Shown here piece after piece: positions 21,343 to 29,340 of a stretch of DNA of 53,243 bases. The first letter of the stretch is position 1. Each line of letters opens with the position of its first letter. The DNA is taken from assembly GCA_964521165.1 (NCBI GenBank), contig CAZFRA010000005.1, forward strand, positions 1 through 53,243, read 5' to 3'. This stretch comes from an uncultured Lachnospiraceae bacterium (GTDB lineage: Bacteria > Bacillota > Clostridia > Christensenellales > UBA1242). The notes under the pieces are model-generated. The model was not told the origin of the DNA and did no database searches. It saw only the letters and a program-made list of their open reading frames with translations. Position numbers and translations under genes: made by a program.

Positions 21343-22524
21343 TTAAATGATTTGTAGAATTTTTAACACTTCCACAATCTTTTCCACCGCTTCATCTATC
21401 AACTCTTCGGTGTGGTTTGCGGTGTAACTTGTGCGAAGGAGCCCCTTTCCAACCGGCGTTGCAGGTGAAACAACCGGATTGACATACACCCCGCGCTCCA
21501 AAAGAAGTTTGCACGCAAGGAAAGTTTTTTCATCTTCATAGGTATAAATTGGCACAATCGGTGTGTTGCTTTCAATGATTGGGACACCATTTTCCTTCAA
21601 TCTTTTTCGCATATATTGACTTATCTCTCTTAAACGAATCACTCTTTCCGGTTCTTCCTTCAAAATTTGAAGGGCCGTGTGCGCGCAAGCAACCGCAGCT
21701 GGCGTTATACTGGCACTAAAAATGTAAGGCCGTGACGCATGCTTAACATATTCCACAACCTTTTTGTCGCCTGCCATATAACCACCAAGACTTGCCAACG
21801 ATTTGGAAAATGTTCCCATAATGATATCAACTTTATCTTCCAAACCGAAATATTCACCAGTTCCGCGTCCACACTTTCCAATCACGCCGAGCCCGTGAGC
21901 ATCGTCGACCATAATTCTTGCACCATATTTTTCTGCAATCTCGACAATTTCCGGCAATTTGCAGATATCTCCACTCATACTAAACACGCCGTCAGTGACA
22001 ATCAAAATACCTGACTCTTTTGGCACAGTTTTAATTTTATTTTCAAGGTCTTGCATATCGCTATGTTTATATCGAAGAAGTTTTCCGTAACTCAATCGGC
22101 ATGCATCATAAATGCTAGCGTGATTTTCCTTGTCACACAAAATATAGTCATTATGACCAACAATAGCGCTTATGATTCCTAAATTACTTTGAAAGCCAGT
22201 GGAAAAAGTGATAGCGTCGTCTTTATGCAAAAATTCTGCTAAATCCTTTTCCAGTTCCACATGCATATCCAGCGTACCGTTCAAAAAACGCGAGCCAGAA
22301 CAGCCACTGCCATATTTTTCAATCGCCTTGATTCCCGCTTCCTTAACGCGCGGATGATTTGTGAGTGCAAGGTAATTGTTTGAACCAAGCATAATTGTTC
22401 TTTTGCCTTCCATATTAACAACAACATCTTGCCCAGAATATAATTTATGGAAATAAGGATAGATTCCTTTTTCTCTTACAACTTCATATAATTGTTTTTG
22501 TTGAGTTTTTTCAAATATGTCCAT
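21343..22524 (-). CDS. PLP-dependent alpha-oxoamine synthase, serine palmitoyltransferase-like
   Basis: GIYPYF, GSNNYL, GSRFLNGTLDMH, NHAS, DDAH, GTFSKSLA. Start MDIFEK at 22524. Confidence 0.85.
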   Translation of the reverse strand: MDIFEKTQQKQLYEVVREKGIYPYFHKLYSGQDVVVNMEGKRTIMLGSNNYLALTNHPRVKEAGIKAIEKYGSGCSGSRFLNGTLDMHVELEKDLAEFLHKDDAITFSTGFQSNLGIISAIVGHNDYILCDKENHASIYDACRLSYGKLLRYKHSDMQDLENKIKTVPKESGILIVTDGVFSMSGDICKLPEIVEIAEKYGARIMVDDAHGLGVIGKCGRGTGEYFGLEDKVDIIMGTFSKSLASLGGYMAGDKKVVEYVKHASRPYIFSASITPAAVACAHTALQILKEEPERVIRLREISQYMRKRLKENGVPIIESNTPIVPIYTYEDEKTFLACKLLLERGVYVNPVVSPATPVGKGLLRTSYTANHTEELIDEAVEKIVEVLKILQII

Positions 22525-22691
22525 TTTCCACTTATTCCTTTTATTTACAAAATTCAAAATGATTTTAACATTTTTAAATATAAAAAGCAAACAAATTAAC
22601 AAGATAACCTAAAAACTTTTAACTATTTTTAATTTTTTTCTAACCACATCTTGAAATACCTTGATTTTTGTGTTACAGTGAAAGAGATAGT

Positions 22692-23062
22692 ATGAATAGA
22701 GAAAAGAAAGAAAATTTGCAAATATTTTAAATATCTGGATGTTTTTGTTGAAGCATATAAAAAGATGAGTAAAAACCCAAACACTTCTTTTATCTCAGCA
22801 GTTAAAAATAATCTTCAATAAATATGAATTTTACCAGATGGTTCTAAAATTAAAAGAACATCACCATTAAATATTGAGTTGGGAATTAATTTTGAAAGTC
22901 TAAACTAACTGCGAACGAGATATATACAGATAGCAATGTTAAGTGGCAAAAAGTTAGATATTATTTCAATGAAACAGAATTAAAAAAATTGAAAATATAG
23001 ATTTGAAATCTAGAATTGTCGAACAACCTGCTTCTAATAAAGAAGATAATGAATTAGTCTAA
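22692..23062 (+). pseudogene. decayed AT-rich ORF remnant
   Basis: MNREKKENLQIF*, then short coding-like segments broken by stops and frameshifts, ending ...VEQPASNKEDNELV*. Confidence 0.4.
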
Positions 23063-23109
23063 AAAAATATTAGTTCTTAAAATAATTTTGAAAATATTTC
23101 AAATTTTTC

Positions 23110-23138
23110 TTGACTTTTTTGTCAATTTATCATAAAAT
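23110..23138 (+). promoter_or_regulatory. sigma-A promoter of tRNA cluster
   Basis: TTGACT-17-TAAAAT. Confidence 0.7.
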
Positions 23139-23156
23139 AACAAAGCAAGTAGTTTT

Positions 23157-23232
23157 CGGGGTGTGGCTCAGTTGGTAGAGCGCGCGGTTTGGGACCGTGA
23201 GGTCGGGGGTTCGAGACCCTCCACCCCGACCA
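23157..23232 (+). tRNA. tRNA-Pro(TGG)
   Basis: Cloverleaf, anticodon loop TT-TGG-GA, GTTCGA, CCA. Confidence 0.96.
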
Positions 23233-23246
23233 AACACTTGCCTAGG

Positions 23247-23323
23247 GGGCCTTTAGCTCAGTTGGTTAGAGCAACCGGCTCATAACCGGTCGGTCCGCGG
23301 TTCGAGTCCGTGAAGGCCCACCA
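23247..23323 (+). tRNA. tRNA-Ile2(CAT) (lysidine type; Met less likely)
   Basis: Anticodon CAT; body matches the Bacillota Ile2 pattern GGGCCTTTAGCTCAGTTGGTTAGAGC. Confidence 0.9.
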
Positions 23324-23350
23324 TATTTTTAAAAAGTTTGTCAAATTTAG

Positions 23351-23379
23351 TTGCATATTTTTTAAAAATATGATAGAAT
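23351..23379 (+). promoter_or_regulatory. internal sigma-A promoter with extended -10
   Basis: TTGCAT-17-TAGAAT with TGn. Confidence 0.65.
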
Positions 23380-23397
23380 GTCAAGAGTTTCAGCTCT

Positions 23398-23474
23398 GGC
23401 TCGGTAGTTCAGCTGGTTAGAACGCTAGCCTGTCACGCTAGAGGTCGTGGGTTCGAACCCCATCCGAGTCGCCA
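23398..23474 (+). tRNA. tRNA-Asp(GTC)
   Basis: Cloverleaf, anticodon GTC, GCCA end. Confidence 0.96.
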
Positions 23475-23479
23475 ATTAT

Positions 23480-23555
23480 GCCCTGATAGCTCAGTCGGTA
23501 GAGCAAAGGACTGAAAATCCTTGTGTCGGTGGTTCGATTCCACCTTAGGGCACCA
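23480..23555 (+). tRNA. tRNA-Phe(GAA)
   Basis: Cloverleaf, anticodon GAA, ACCA end. Confidence 0.96.
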
Positions 23556-23848
23556 GCATACCTTGTATGCAAAAAGGAAATCAATGTTTTAATTTAGTTA
23601 AGACACAAGGATTTTCATATTACAGGCTCCCGAAAAATGGTTATCATTTTTTGGGTATAGCGAGAAACAAAGCGATAAGCGAATGTGGTTTTTGTTAAAA
23701 AAACACGAAGCGATAAGTTTTGATTTCGAGCGTGTGTCGGTGGTTCGATTCTCGCTTTGGCACCAGCATACCTTGTATGCAAAAAGAAAATCAATGTTTT
23801 AATTTAGTTAAGACACAAGGATTTTCACATTATGGGCTCCCGAAAAAT
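23522..23848 (+). repeat. direct repeat (23522-23638 / 23733-23848) of the tRNA-Phe 3' half plus trailer, flanking a structured element
   Basis: Both copies read TGTGTCGGTGGTTCGATTC...GGCACCAGCATACCTTGTATGC...AGACACAAGGATTTTCA...GGCTCCCGAAAAAT. Confidence 0.92.
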
Positions 23849-23908
23849 TAAAGTTATTGAGCCAAAACAAGCGAGTGTACCCGTAAAAATTTATTTTATA
23901 AAAAAAAT

Positions 23909-23983
23909 GCTGGCGTGGCTCAATGGTAGAGCAGCTGACTTGTAATCAGCAGGTTGAAGGTTCGATTCCTTTCGCCAGCTCCA
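23909..23983 (+). tRNA. tRNA-Thr(TGT)
   Basis: Cloverleaf, anticodon TGT, TCCA end. Confidence 0.96.
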
Positions 23984-23986
23984 TTT

Positions 23987-24071
23987 GGGAAGGTTGCAGA
24001 GCGGCCAAATGCAACGGACTGTAAATCCGTCGACTATGTCTTCGATGGTTCGAATCCATCCCTTCCCACCA
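23987..24071 (+). tRNA. tRNA-Tyr(GTA)
   Basis: Cloverleaf with long variable arm, anticodon GTA. Confidence 0.96.
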
Positions 24072-24227
24072 CAAACTTTTTAGGTTGGCGTGGCTTATAA
24101 TTTGAATAAACTTACTCTCTTTCTCCTGCCAACTCTAACCCGTAAACACCCATATTTTAAAGGCGTATAGCGATTTTAAAATTGTAAAATGTTGTTATAA
24201 CGTCTTACAATTTTATTTTTTTAAGTG

Positions 24228-24262
24228 GTTGTATGTCAAAAATTTGATATACAACTTTTTTT
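24228..24262 (+). terminator. intrinsic terminator after tRNA cluster
   Basis: GTTGTATGTCAAA-AA-TTTGATATACAAC plus T run. Confidence 0.7.
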
Positions 24263-24408
24263 GTGTATTTTAATCAAAAAGTCAGTTTTAAGTCAAAAAA
24301 GTGGATACAAAATTTTAATCAAAAAGATAGTATAAATTATTATATAATTTAAGCACTTTATTTTTGTTTAAATGATAGTCCAAACTTGTGTAAACATCTT
24401 TTGTAAGT

Positions 24409-25152
24409 TTAAGATGATAATTTTTTCTTTAAGGTTTCCAAAATCTTATTTTCAAGACGCGAAACCTGAACTTGTGAAACACCTAAAATTTTGGCAATTT
24501 CGCTTTGAGTTTTATCTTGAAAATATCGCAGGAGAATAATTTTCTTATCGCGACTATCCAACTTTTCAATCACTTCCTTTAATGCCAAATTATCTATAAA
24601 ATCTGTTCTATCGTTTTCGCTGTCGAACCTGTCAATAACAGTCAGTCCTTCTTCGTCGCCGTCGTCAAAAGGAGTGTATAACGAAATTGGCATTTTTGCG
24701 GAATCCATTGCGAGCACAACTTCTTGCTCATCAATATTGAAGGCCTTGGCAATATCGCTTATTGTCGGTTGTGCGTTGTTTACCTTGAAAAAATCGTCTA
24801 CAAATTTGCTTATTTTAAGATTTAAAGTTTTGATAGCCCTTGAAACCTTAACCGCGCCATCATCGCGCATAAATCGTTTAATTTCGCCCACCACCATAGG
24901 CACAACATAGGTGGAAAATTTGACATTAAACGAGCAGTCGAAATTGTTAATCGCCTTCAAAAAGCCAAGCGACCCGAGTTGAAATAGGTCCTCGTTTTCA
25001 ATACCCTTATTCCTAAACCAACTTATCACTTTTTTGATAAGTGGCGAATTTTCTTTAACTAAAATTTCCTTGGCATCCAAGTCGCCACTTTGTGCTTTTT
25101 TGATTAAGGCAATTATTTCTTCTTGACTTAACACTAGCCTACTACTTCGCAA
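24409..25152 (-). CDS. sigF: RNA polymerase sporulation sigma factor SigF
   Basis: DLFQLG..G..KAI..FD, FSTYVVPMVVGEIKRFMRDD, TQSEIA..LGVSQVQVSRLE; third gene of spoIIA. Start may be GTG 25134. Confidence 0.93.
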   Translation of the reverse strand: MRSSRLVLSQEEIIALIKKAQSGDLDAKEILVKENSPLIKKVISWFRNKGIENEDLFQLGSLGFLKAINNFDCSFNVKFSTYVVPMVVGEIKRFMRDDGAVKVSRAIKTLNLKISKFVDDFFKVNNAQPTISDIAKAFNIDEQEVVLAMDSAKMPISLYTPFDDGDEEGLTVIDRFDSENDRTDFIDNLALKEVIEKLDSRDKKIILLRYFQDKTQSEIAKILGVSQVQVSRLENKILETLKKKLSS

Positions 25153-25580
25153 GATGAGCTTGCGATTTTCTTCGTCATTTTTATTGTTGTGCCAAAAGAA
25201 TTGCTGTAAACTTCCACATTATCCATAAAACTTTCCATAACAGTAAACCCCATTCCAGAGCGTTCTTCGGAAGGTTTGGAAGTAAAGAAAGGTTCGCGCG
25301 CCTTTTCAATATCCTTAATGCCAACACCTTTATCTTGCACGGTTATTGTCACCAAATCTTCTTCCAATTCGCAACGCAAAACAATATCGCCCTTAACACC
25401 ATTTGGATAGGCATGAACAACACAATTTGTCACCGCTTCACTCACCGCAGTTTTGATGTCTGTTATTTCATCCACAGAAGGATTGAGTTGAACACAAAAA
25501 GATGCTACGCAAACTCTGGCGAAACCTTCGTTAACCGAAAGTGCCTTAAAAGTAACTTCCATAAAATTTGAATAATTCAT
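25134..25580 (-). CDS. spoIIAB: anti-sigma F factor
   Basis: NEGFAR, IKTAVSEAVTN...HAY, ERSGMGFTVMESFMD. Confidence 0.97.
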   Translation of the reverse strand: MNYSNFMEVTFKALSVNEGFARVCVASFCVQLNPSVDEITDIKTAVSEAVTNCVVHAYPNGVKGDIVLRCELEEDLVTITVQDKGVGIKDIEKAREPFFTSKPSEERSGMGFTVMESFMDNVEVYSNSFGTTIKMTKKIASSSCEVVG

Positions 25581-25591
25581 AGTTTCTCTCC

Positions 25592-25900
25592 TTAAACAAT
25601 TTTAGGCATAATTTCATATAGCCCAGTCATATTAAAAATTTTCTCGATATGCGAAGATGGATTACAGATATAAATTGGAATATTTTTATCCTTCATTTTC
25701 TTATACCGACCAATAAGCACACCAATGCCAGTTGAATCCATAAATTCAAGTTCGCTCAAATCAATAACAATCTTTTGAAAATTTGGTTTAATGAAAAGTT
25801 CATCAAGGGTAATCTTGGTGTATGATGCAGTATGCTCATCCAGTTCTCCGCAGAGAAGGACATACAGCGTTTCATTATGAACACGACTTTTTATTTGCAT
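25592..25900 (-). CDS. spoIIAA: anti-anti-sigma F factor
   Basis: GELDEH, FMDSTGIGVLIGRYK. Confidence 0.96.
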   Translation of the reverse strand: MQIKSRVHNETLYVLLCGELDEHTASYTKITLDELFIKPNFQKIVIDLSELEFMDSTGIGVLIGRYKKMKDKNIPIYICNPSSHIEKIFNMTGLYEIMPKIV

Positions 25901-26028
25901 AAAATTCCTCCTAACACAAAAATTCTAGCATAAGAAAATTAAAGAAAAATGAGAAGTAAAAGAGAATCTTGTCTTATTTTGATGATAGTCTATTTTTATT
26001 TTTTTAATAAAAAATGTGGTAGAAATAA

Positions 26029-26181
26029 AAAATATAAATTGTGTTTACTATTTTTACATAATACAAAATATGGTGTAGTATGCGAAAATAAAAATTGCAT
26101 AATACACCATATCTCGATATAAATTAAATTTTAAAAACAAACGAATTTCACTTTGAAATTTTGCAAAAAATATGATATACT
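26029..26181 (+). promoter_or_regulatory. NrdR-like boxes, inverted repeat and sigma-A promoter upstream of nucleoside hydrolase
   Basis: ATACAAAATATGGTGT (26061), ACACCATATCTCGATA (26104), inverted repeat 26068-26112, TTGAAA(26153)-17-TATACT. Confidence 0.55.
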
Positions 26182-26205
26182 ATAATAGTTTAAAAGGAAA
26201 ATGGA

Positions 26206-27141
26206 ATGGATAAAAAAGATGTTATCATTGTCACCGACCCAGGCGTGGATGACGCCATAGCACTAATGTATGCAATTTTTAGTGAACAGATAAATATTAA
26301 ACTTCTTGCTATTTCCGGCGGCAATAACCCAATCATAAACACCGTGAATAATGCGCTTTTTTTAATGGAACTTTTTAAGCAGGATATTCCCGTTGCCGTT
26401 GGACTTGACCACCCACTCAAACGCCCGCCTTTTTATGCTTTTAACGCGCACGGGAAAGATGGACTTGGTGGCATTAAAGTTAATCCAAAAAAACTTACAA
26501 CTTCAGCAATTAAACAACCTGCCAAAGATGCAATATATGAAATACTAAAAAATTCCGAAAGTAAAATGTCTATCATTTCTATTTGCCCGATGACACCAAT
26601 TGCGGAAATGTTGGAAGAACATAAGGATGCAAAAAAGTTCATTAAAGAAATCATCTTTATGGGTGGAACAAAAGAAAAAATATTTGGCAAACCATATCGC
26701 GAATTTAATGTAAGTTTTGACCCAGAGAGTGTGGATATTGTCATCAAAAGTCGTATCCCACTTGTTATGATTCCAATGGAATTAGGTCACTTCGCCTATC
26801 TCGACAAAAGCGATATCAGACAATTTAAAAAGACTAATCACATCGGAAAGTTGTTTGCTAAAATGTTCAAAAAATATAAAGATTTTCACGTCGGACATCT
26901 CGGTGCAGCCGTGCACGACGTTTGTGCAGTTTACTATCTCACCAACCCACACTGTTTAAAAATGGAAGAAGGTAATGTTGAGATAAAATATTTTAAAAAC
27001 AAGACAGATGAGTTTGGTTATATCAACACATCCTACAACAAAAAACCAAACGCCAAAATTGCCGTTGATATGGATATTTCCGATTTTAAATATGATTTGT
27101 TTGAAGCATTAAAAAAAGCTGGCGAAACTTTAAAAAAATAA
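26206..27141 (+). CDS. inosine/uridine-preferring nucleoside hydrolase (RihC-like)
   Basis: TDPGVDDAIA, HGKDGLG, EFNVSFDPE, HD. Confidence 0.92.
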   Translation: MDKKDVIIVTDPGVDDAIALMYAIFSEQINIKLLAISGGNNPIINTVNNALFLMELFKQDIPVAVGLDHPLKRPPFYAFNAHGKDGLGGIKVNPKKLTTSAIKQPAKDAIYEILKNSESKMSIISICPMTPIAEMLEEHKDAKKFIKEIIFMGGTKEKIFGKPYREFNVSFDPESVDIVIKSRIPLVMIPMELGHFAYLDKSDIRQFKKTNHIGKLFAKMFKKYKDFHVGHLGAAVHDVCAVYYLTNPHCLKMEEGNVEIKYFKNKTDEFGYINTSYNKKPNAKIAVDMDISDFKYDLFEALKKAGETLKK

Positions 27142-27165
27142 AATTACAAAAACAAGATTTTATAA

Positions 27166-27200
27166 AAAAACACTTTAACCATATAAGTTAAAGTGTTTTT
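27166..27200. terminator. bidirectional terminator
   Basis: AAAAACACTTTAAC-catataa-GTTAAAGTGTTTTT. Confidence 0.75.
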
Positions 27201-27203
27201 GTT

Positions 27204-28430
27204 TTACTTTTTAAAATCAAGAAGATTGTACGCCACAATTTTGAGTTGTTCATAAGTTATTCCGCCTTGGAAATAAGCAATATATGGTTCTTTTATTGGA
27301 CTATCGCAAGAAAGTTCGATTGAAGCACCTTCCACAAAAGTCCCAGCCGCCATAATAACTTGCGTGTTATAACCCACCATATCATAAGGGATTGGCAAGG
27401 CATTGCTATCCACCGGCGAAAGTTTTTGGATGAGTTGCACAAAGCGAATAAGTTCATCTTTAGTGTCAAAAACAATCGATTTGATGATATCATATGAATT
27501 TTCGCTCGTGTCAGGAATGATTTTATACCCCTGCCTTTTCATCACTTCGCCAATGAGATACGCTCCTTTAATCGCTTGGCAAACAATATGCGGAGCAAGG
27601 AAAAGCCCTTGATAAAAAAGTCGATAACCTAGTTCATATGAGCCAGTTTCTCTTCCTAGCGACGGGCAAGTTAAACGGTTTTCAATCAAAGTGAGTGCCT
27701 TTTGGGAGCCGACAATATATCCTCCCGTTGGCGCAAGTGCCCCGCCAATATTTTTAATCAAACTCCCAACACAAACATCAGCGCCAACTTCTGTCGGTTC
27801 AATTTTTTCGACAAATTCGCCATAACAATTATCGACAACAACAAAACTATTCGACGATATCTCCTTTACCTTTTTGATTATTCCCAACATTGCTTGGCAA
27901 GAAAGCGCTTTTCGTGAAGAATACCCGCGCGAACGCTGAATAAATACCACTCGCGGTTTTATTTTTTTGACCAATTTCACGATTTTGTCTTCATCAAAAG
28001 TGGAATCCTCTTTCAAATCAATAAATTTTGCTGTAATTCCATAACTTTCCAAACTCAAATTATCCTTACCAAACAAGGTGTCAAAAAGGGTGTCGTATAA
28101 GCCGCCAGAAATCGACAATAAAACATCGTGTGGGCGCAAAAGTCCATAAAGCACAGTGGATATTGCATGCGTTCCGGTGGTCAAATGCGGTGTCACAATA
28201 GCATCTTCCGTCTGAAAAATTTCGGCAAAAACTTGCGCCAGGCCTTCCTTGCCTTTATCGGTGTAACCATATCCAGTTGTTCCGGCAAAATGCTGGTTTG
28301 TTATTTCAAACTTGTTGAACGCTTTTAAAACCTTCTCTTGATTAAATAAGGCAATTTCTTCAAGTTCTTCAAATTTATCCTTCAAATTTTTCTCAATTTC
28401 TTTCAAAATTTCCAATTTTTTCTTTTCCAT
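27204..28430 (-). CDS. methionine gamma-lyase family / aluminium resistance protein (YnbB-like)
   Basis: TTGYGY, GTHAI, QRSRGY, VDNCYGEF, GSLIKN.GG, AAGTF. Confidence 0.93.
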   Translation of the reverse strand: MEKKKLEILKEIEKNLKDKFEELEEIALFNQEKVLKAFNKFEITNQHFAGTTGYGYTDKGKEGLAQVFAEIFQTEDAIVTPHLTTGTHAISTVLYGLLRPHDVLLSISGGLYDTLFDTLFGKDNLSLESYGITAKFIDLKEDSTFDEDKIVKLVKKIKPRVVFIQRSRGYSSRKALSCQAMLGIIKKVKEISSNSFVVVDNCYGEFVEKIEPTEVGADVCVGSLIKNIGGALAPTGGYIVGSQKALTLIENRLTCPSLGRETGSYELGYRLFYQGLFLAPHIVCQAIKGAYLIGEVMKRQGYKIIPDTSENSYDIIKSIVFDTKDELIRFVQLIQKLSPVDSNALPIPYDMVGYNTQVIMAAGTFVEGASIELSCDSPIKEPYIAYFQGGITYEQLKIVAYNLLDFKK

Positions 28431-28440
28431 ATAAACTCCA

Positions 28441-29340
28441 CTAAATATTAACTTTTTGTTTTATTTCTTCCACTGTCTTTTCCACACTTTCCATTTGGAT
28501 ATAATTGACATTTTCCATTCCACGAAGAAAGGTAAATTGGCGCTTGGCATAGTTGCGGCTGTGTTGTTTGATAAGTTCCACCATTCGTTCATATGAAATT
28601 TCACCTTTGAGATAGGAATAAACTTCTTTGTATCCTATCGCTTTCATTGATTGACAATCCGGCGTTACACCACTTTCCTTCAACGCTCTAACTTCGTCAA
28701 CCAAACCGTTTTGAAGCATAATATCAACACGTTTGTTAATTCGCTCATAAAGAGTTTGCCTATCAACAACAAGCGCAAAAACTAAAGGTAAAATTTCGCA
28801 TTCCGCCGTTTTTTTCTCGCCCTTAAAATGTGCAATTTCGAGCGCTCTAATCACCCGTTGTGGATTATGTCTGTCGATCTTTCCCGCCAAAGTTTTATCT
28901 TTCTTCAAAAGCATTTCAAAAAGAAAATCCAACCCCTTCTGTTTCAAAAGATTGCTCAGTTTTTGTCGATACTCTTCATCGACACCAACGCCACCAAAAT
29001 TATAATTCAAAATAAGCGATTTAACGAACAAACTTGTGCCGCCAACCACAATAGGGAATTTCCCGCGAGCAGCAATCTCAGTAATTTTCTTTTTCATTTC
29101 TTCCACAAACTGATATGCCGTGAAAGTTTCGGTCGGCTTTTTGATGTCAATAAGATGATGAGCAATCCCTTGCTTTTCTTCTTCCGTCACCTTTGCTGAG
29201 CCAATATTGAGCCCTTTAAAAACTTGTACAGAATCGCAGGATATGATCTCGCCGTCAAAAATTTTGGCAAGTTCAACAGAAACGGCAGTTTTACCCACTG
29301 CAGTAGGTCCAAGAATAAACAACACGCGCGTTTTCATCAC
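28441..29340 (-). CDS. miaA: tRNA dimethylallyltransferase
   Basis: GPTAVGKT, DSVQV, VGGT, AIGYKE, RNYAKRQ. Confidence 0.96.
   Translation of the reverse strand: MMKTRVLFILGPTAVGKTAVSVELAKIFDGEIISCDSVQVFKGLNIGSAKVTEEEKQGIAHHLIDIKKPTETFTAYQFVEEMKKKITEIAARGKFPIVVGGTSLFVKSLILNYNFGGVGVDEEYRQKLSNLLKQKGLDFLFEMLLKKDKTLAGKIDRHNPQRVIRALEIAHFKGEKKTAECEILPLVFALVVDRQTLYERINKRVDIMLQNGLVDEVRALKESGVTPDCQSMKAIGYKEVYSYLKGEISYERMVELIKQHSRNYAKRQFTFLRGMENVNYIQMESVEKTVEEIKQKVNI

Noticed and set aside
24081-24136. tRNA-like remnant (GGTTGGCGTGGCT...GCCAACT) after tRNA-Tyr
   Set aside because: Only an acceptor-like stem; no T-loop or anticodon arm.
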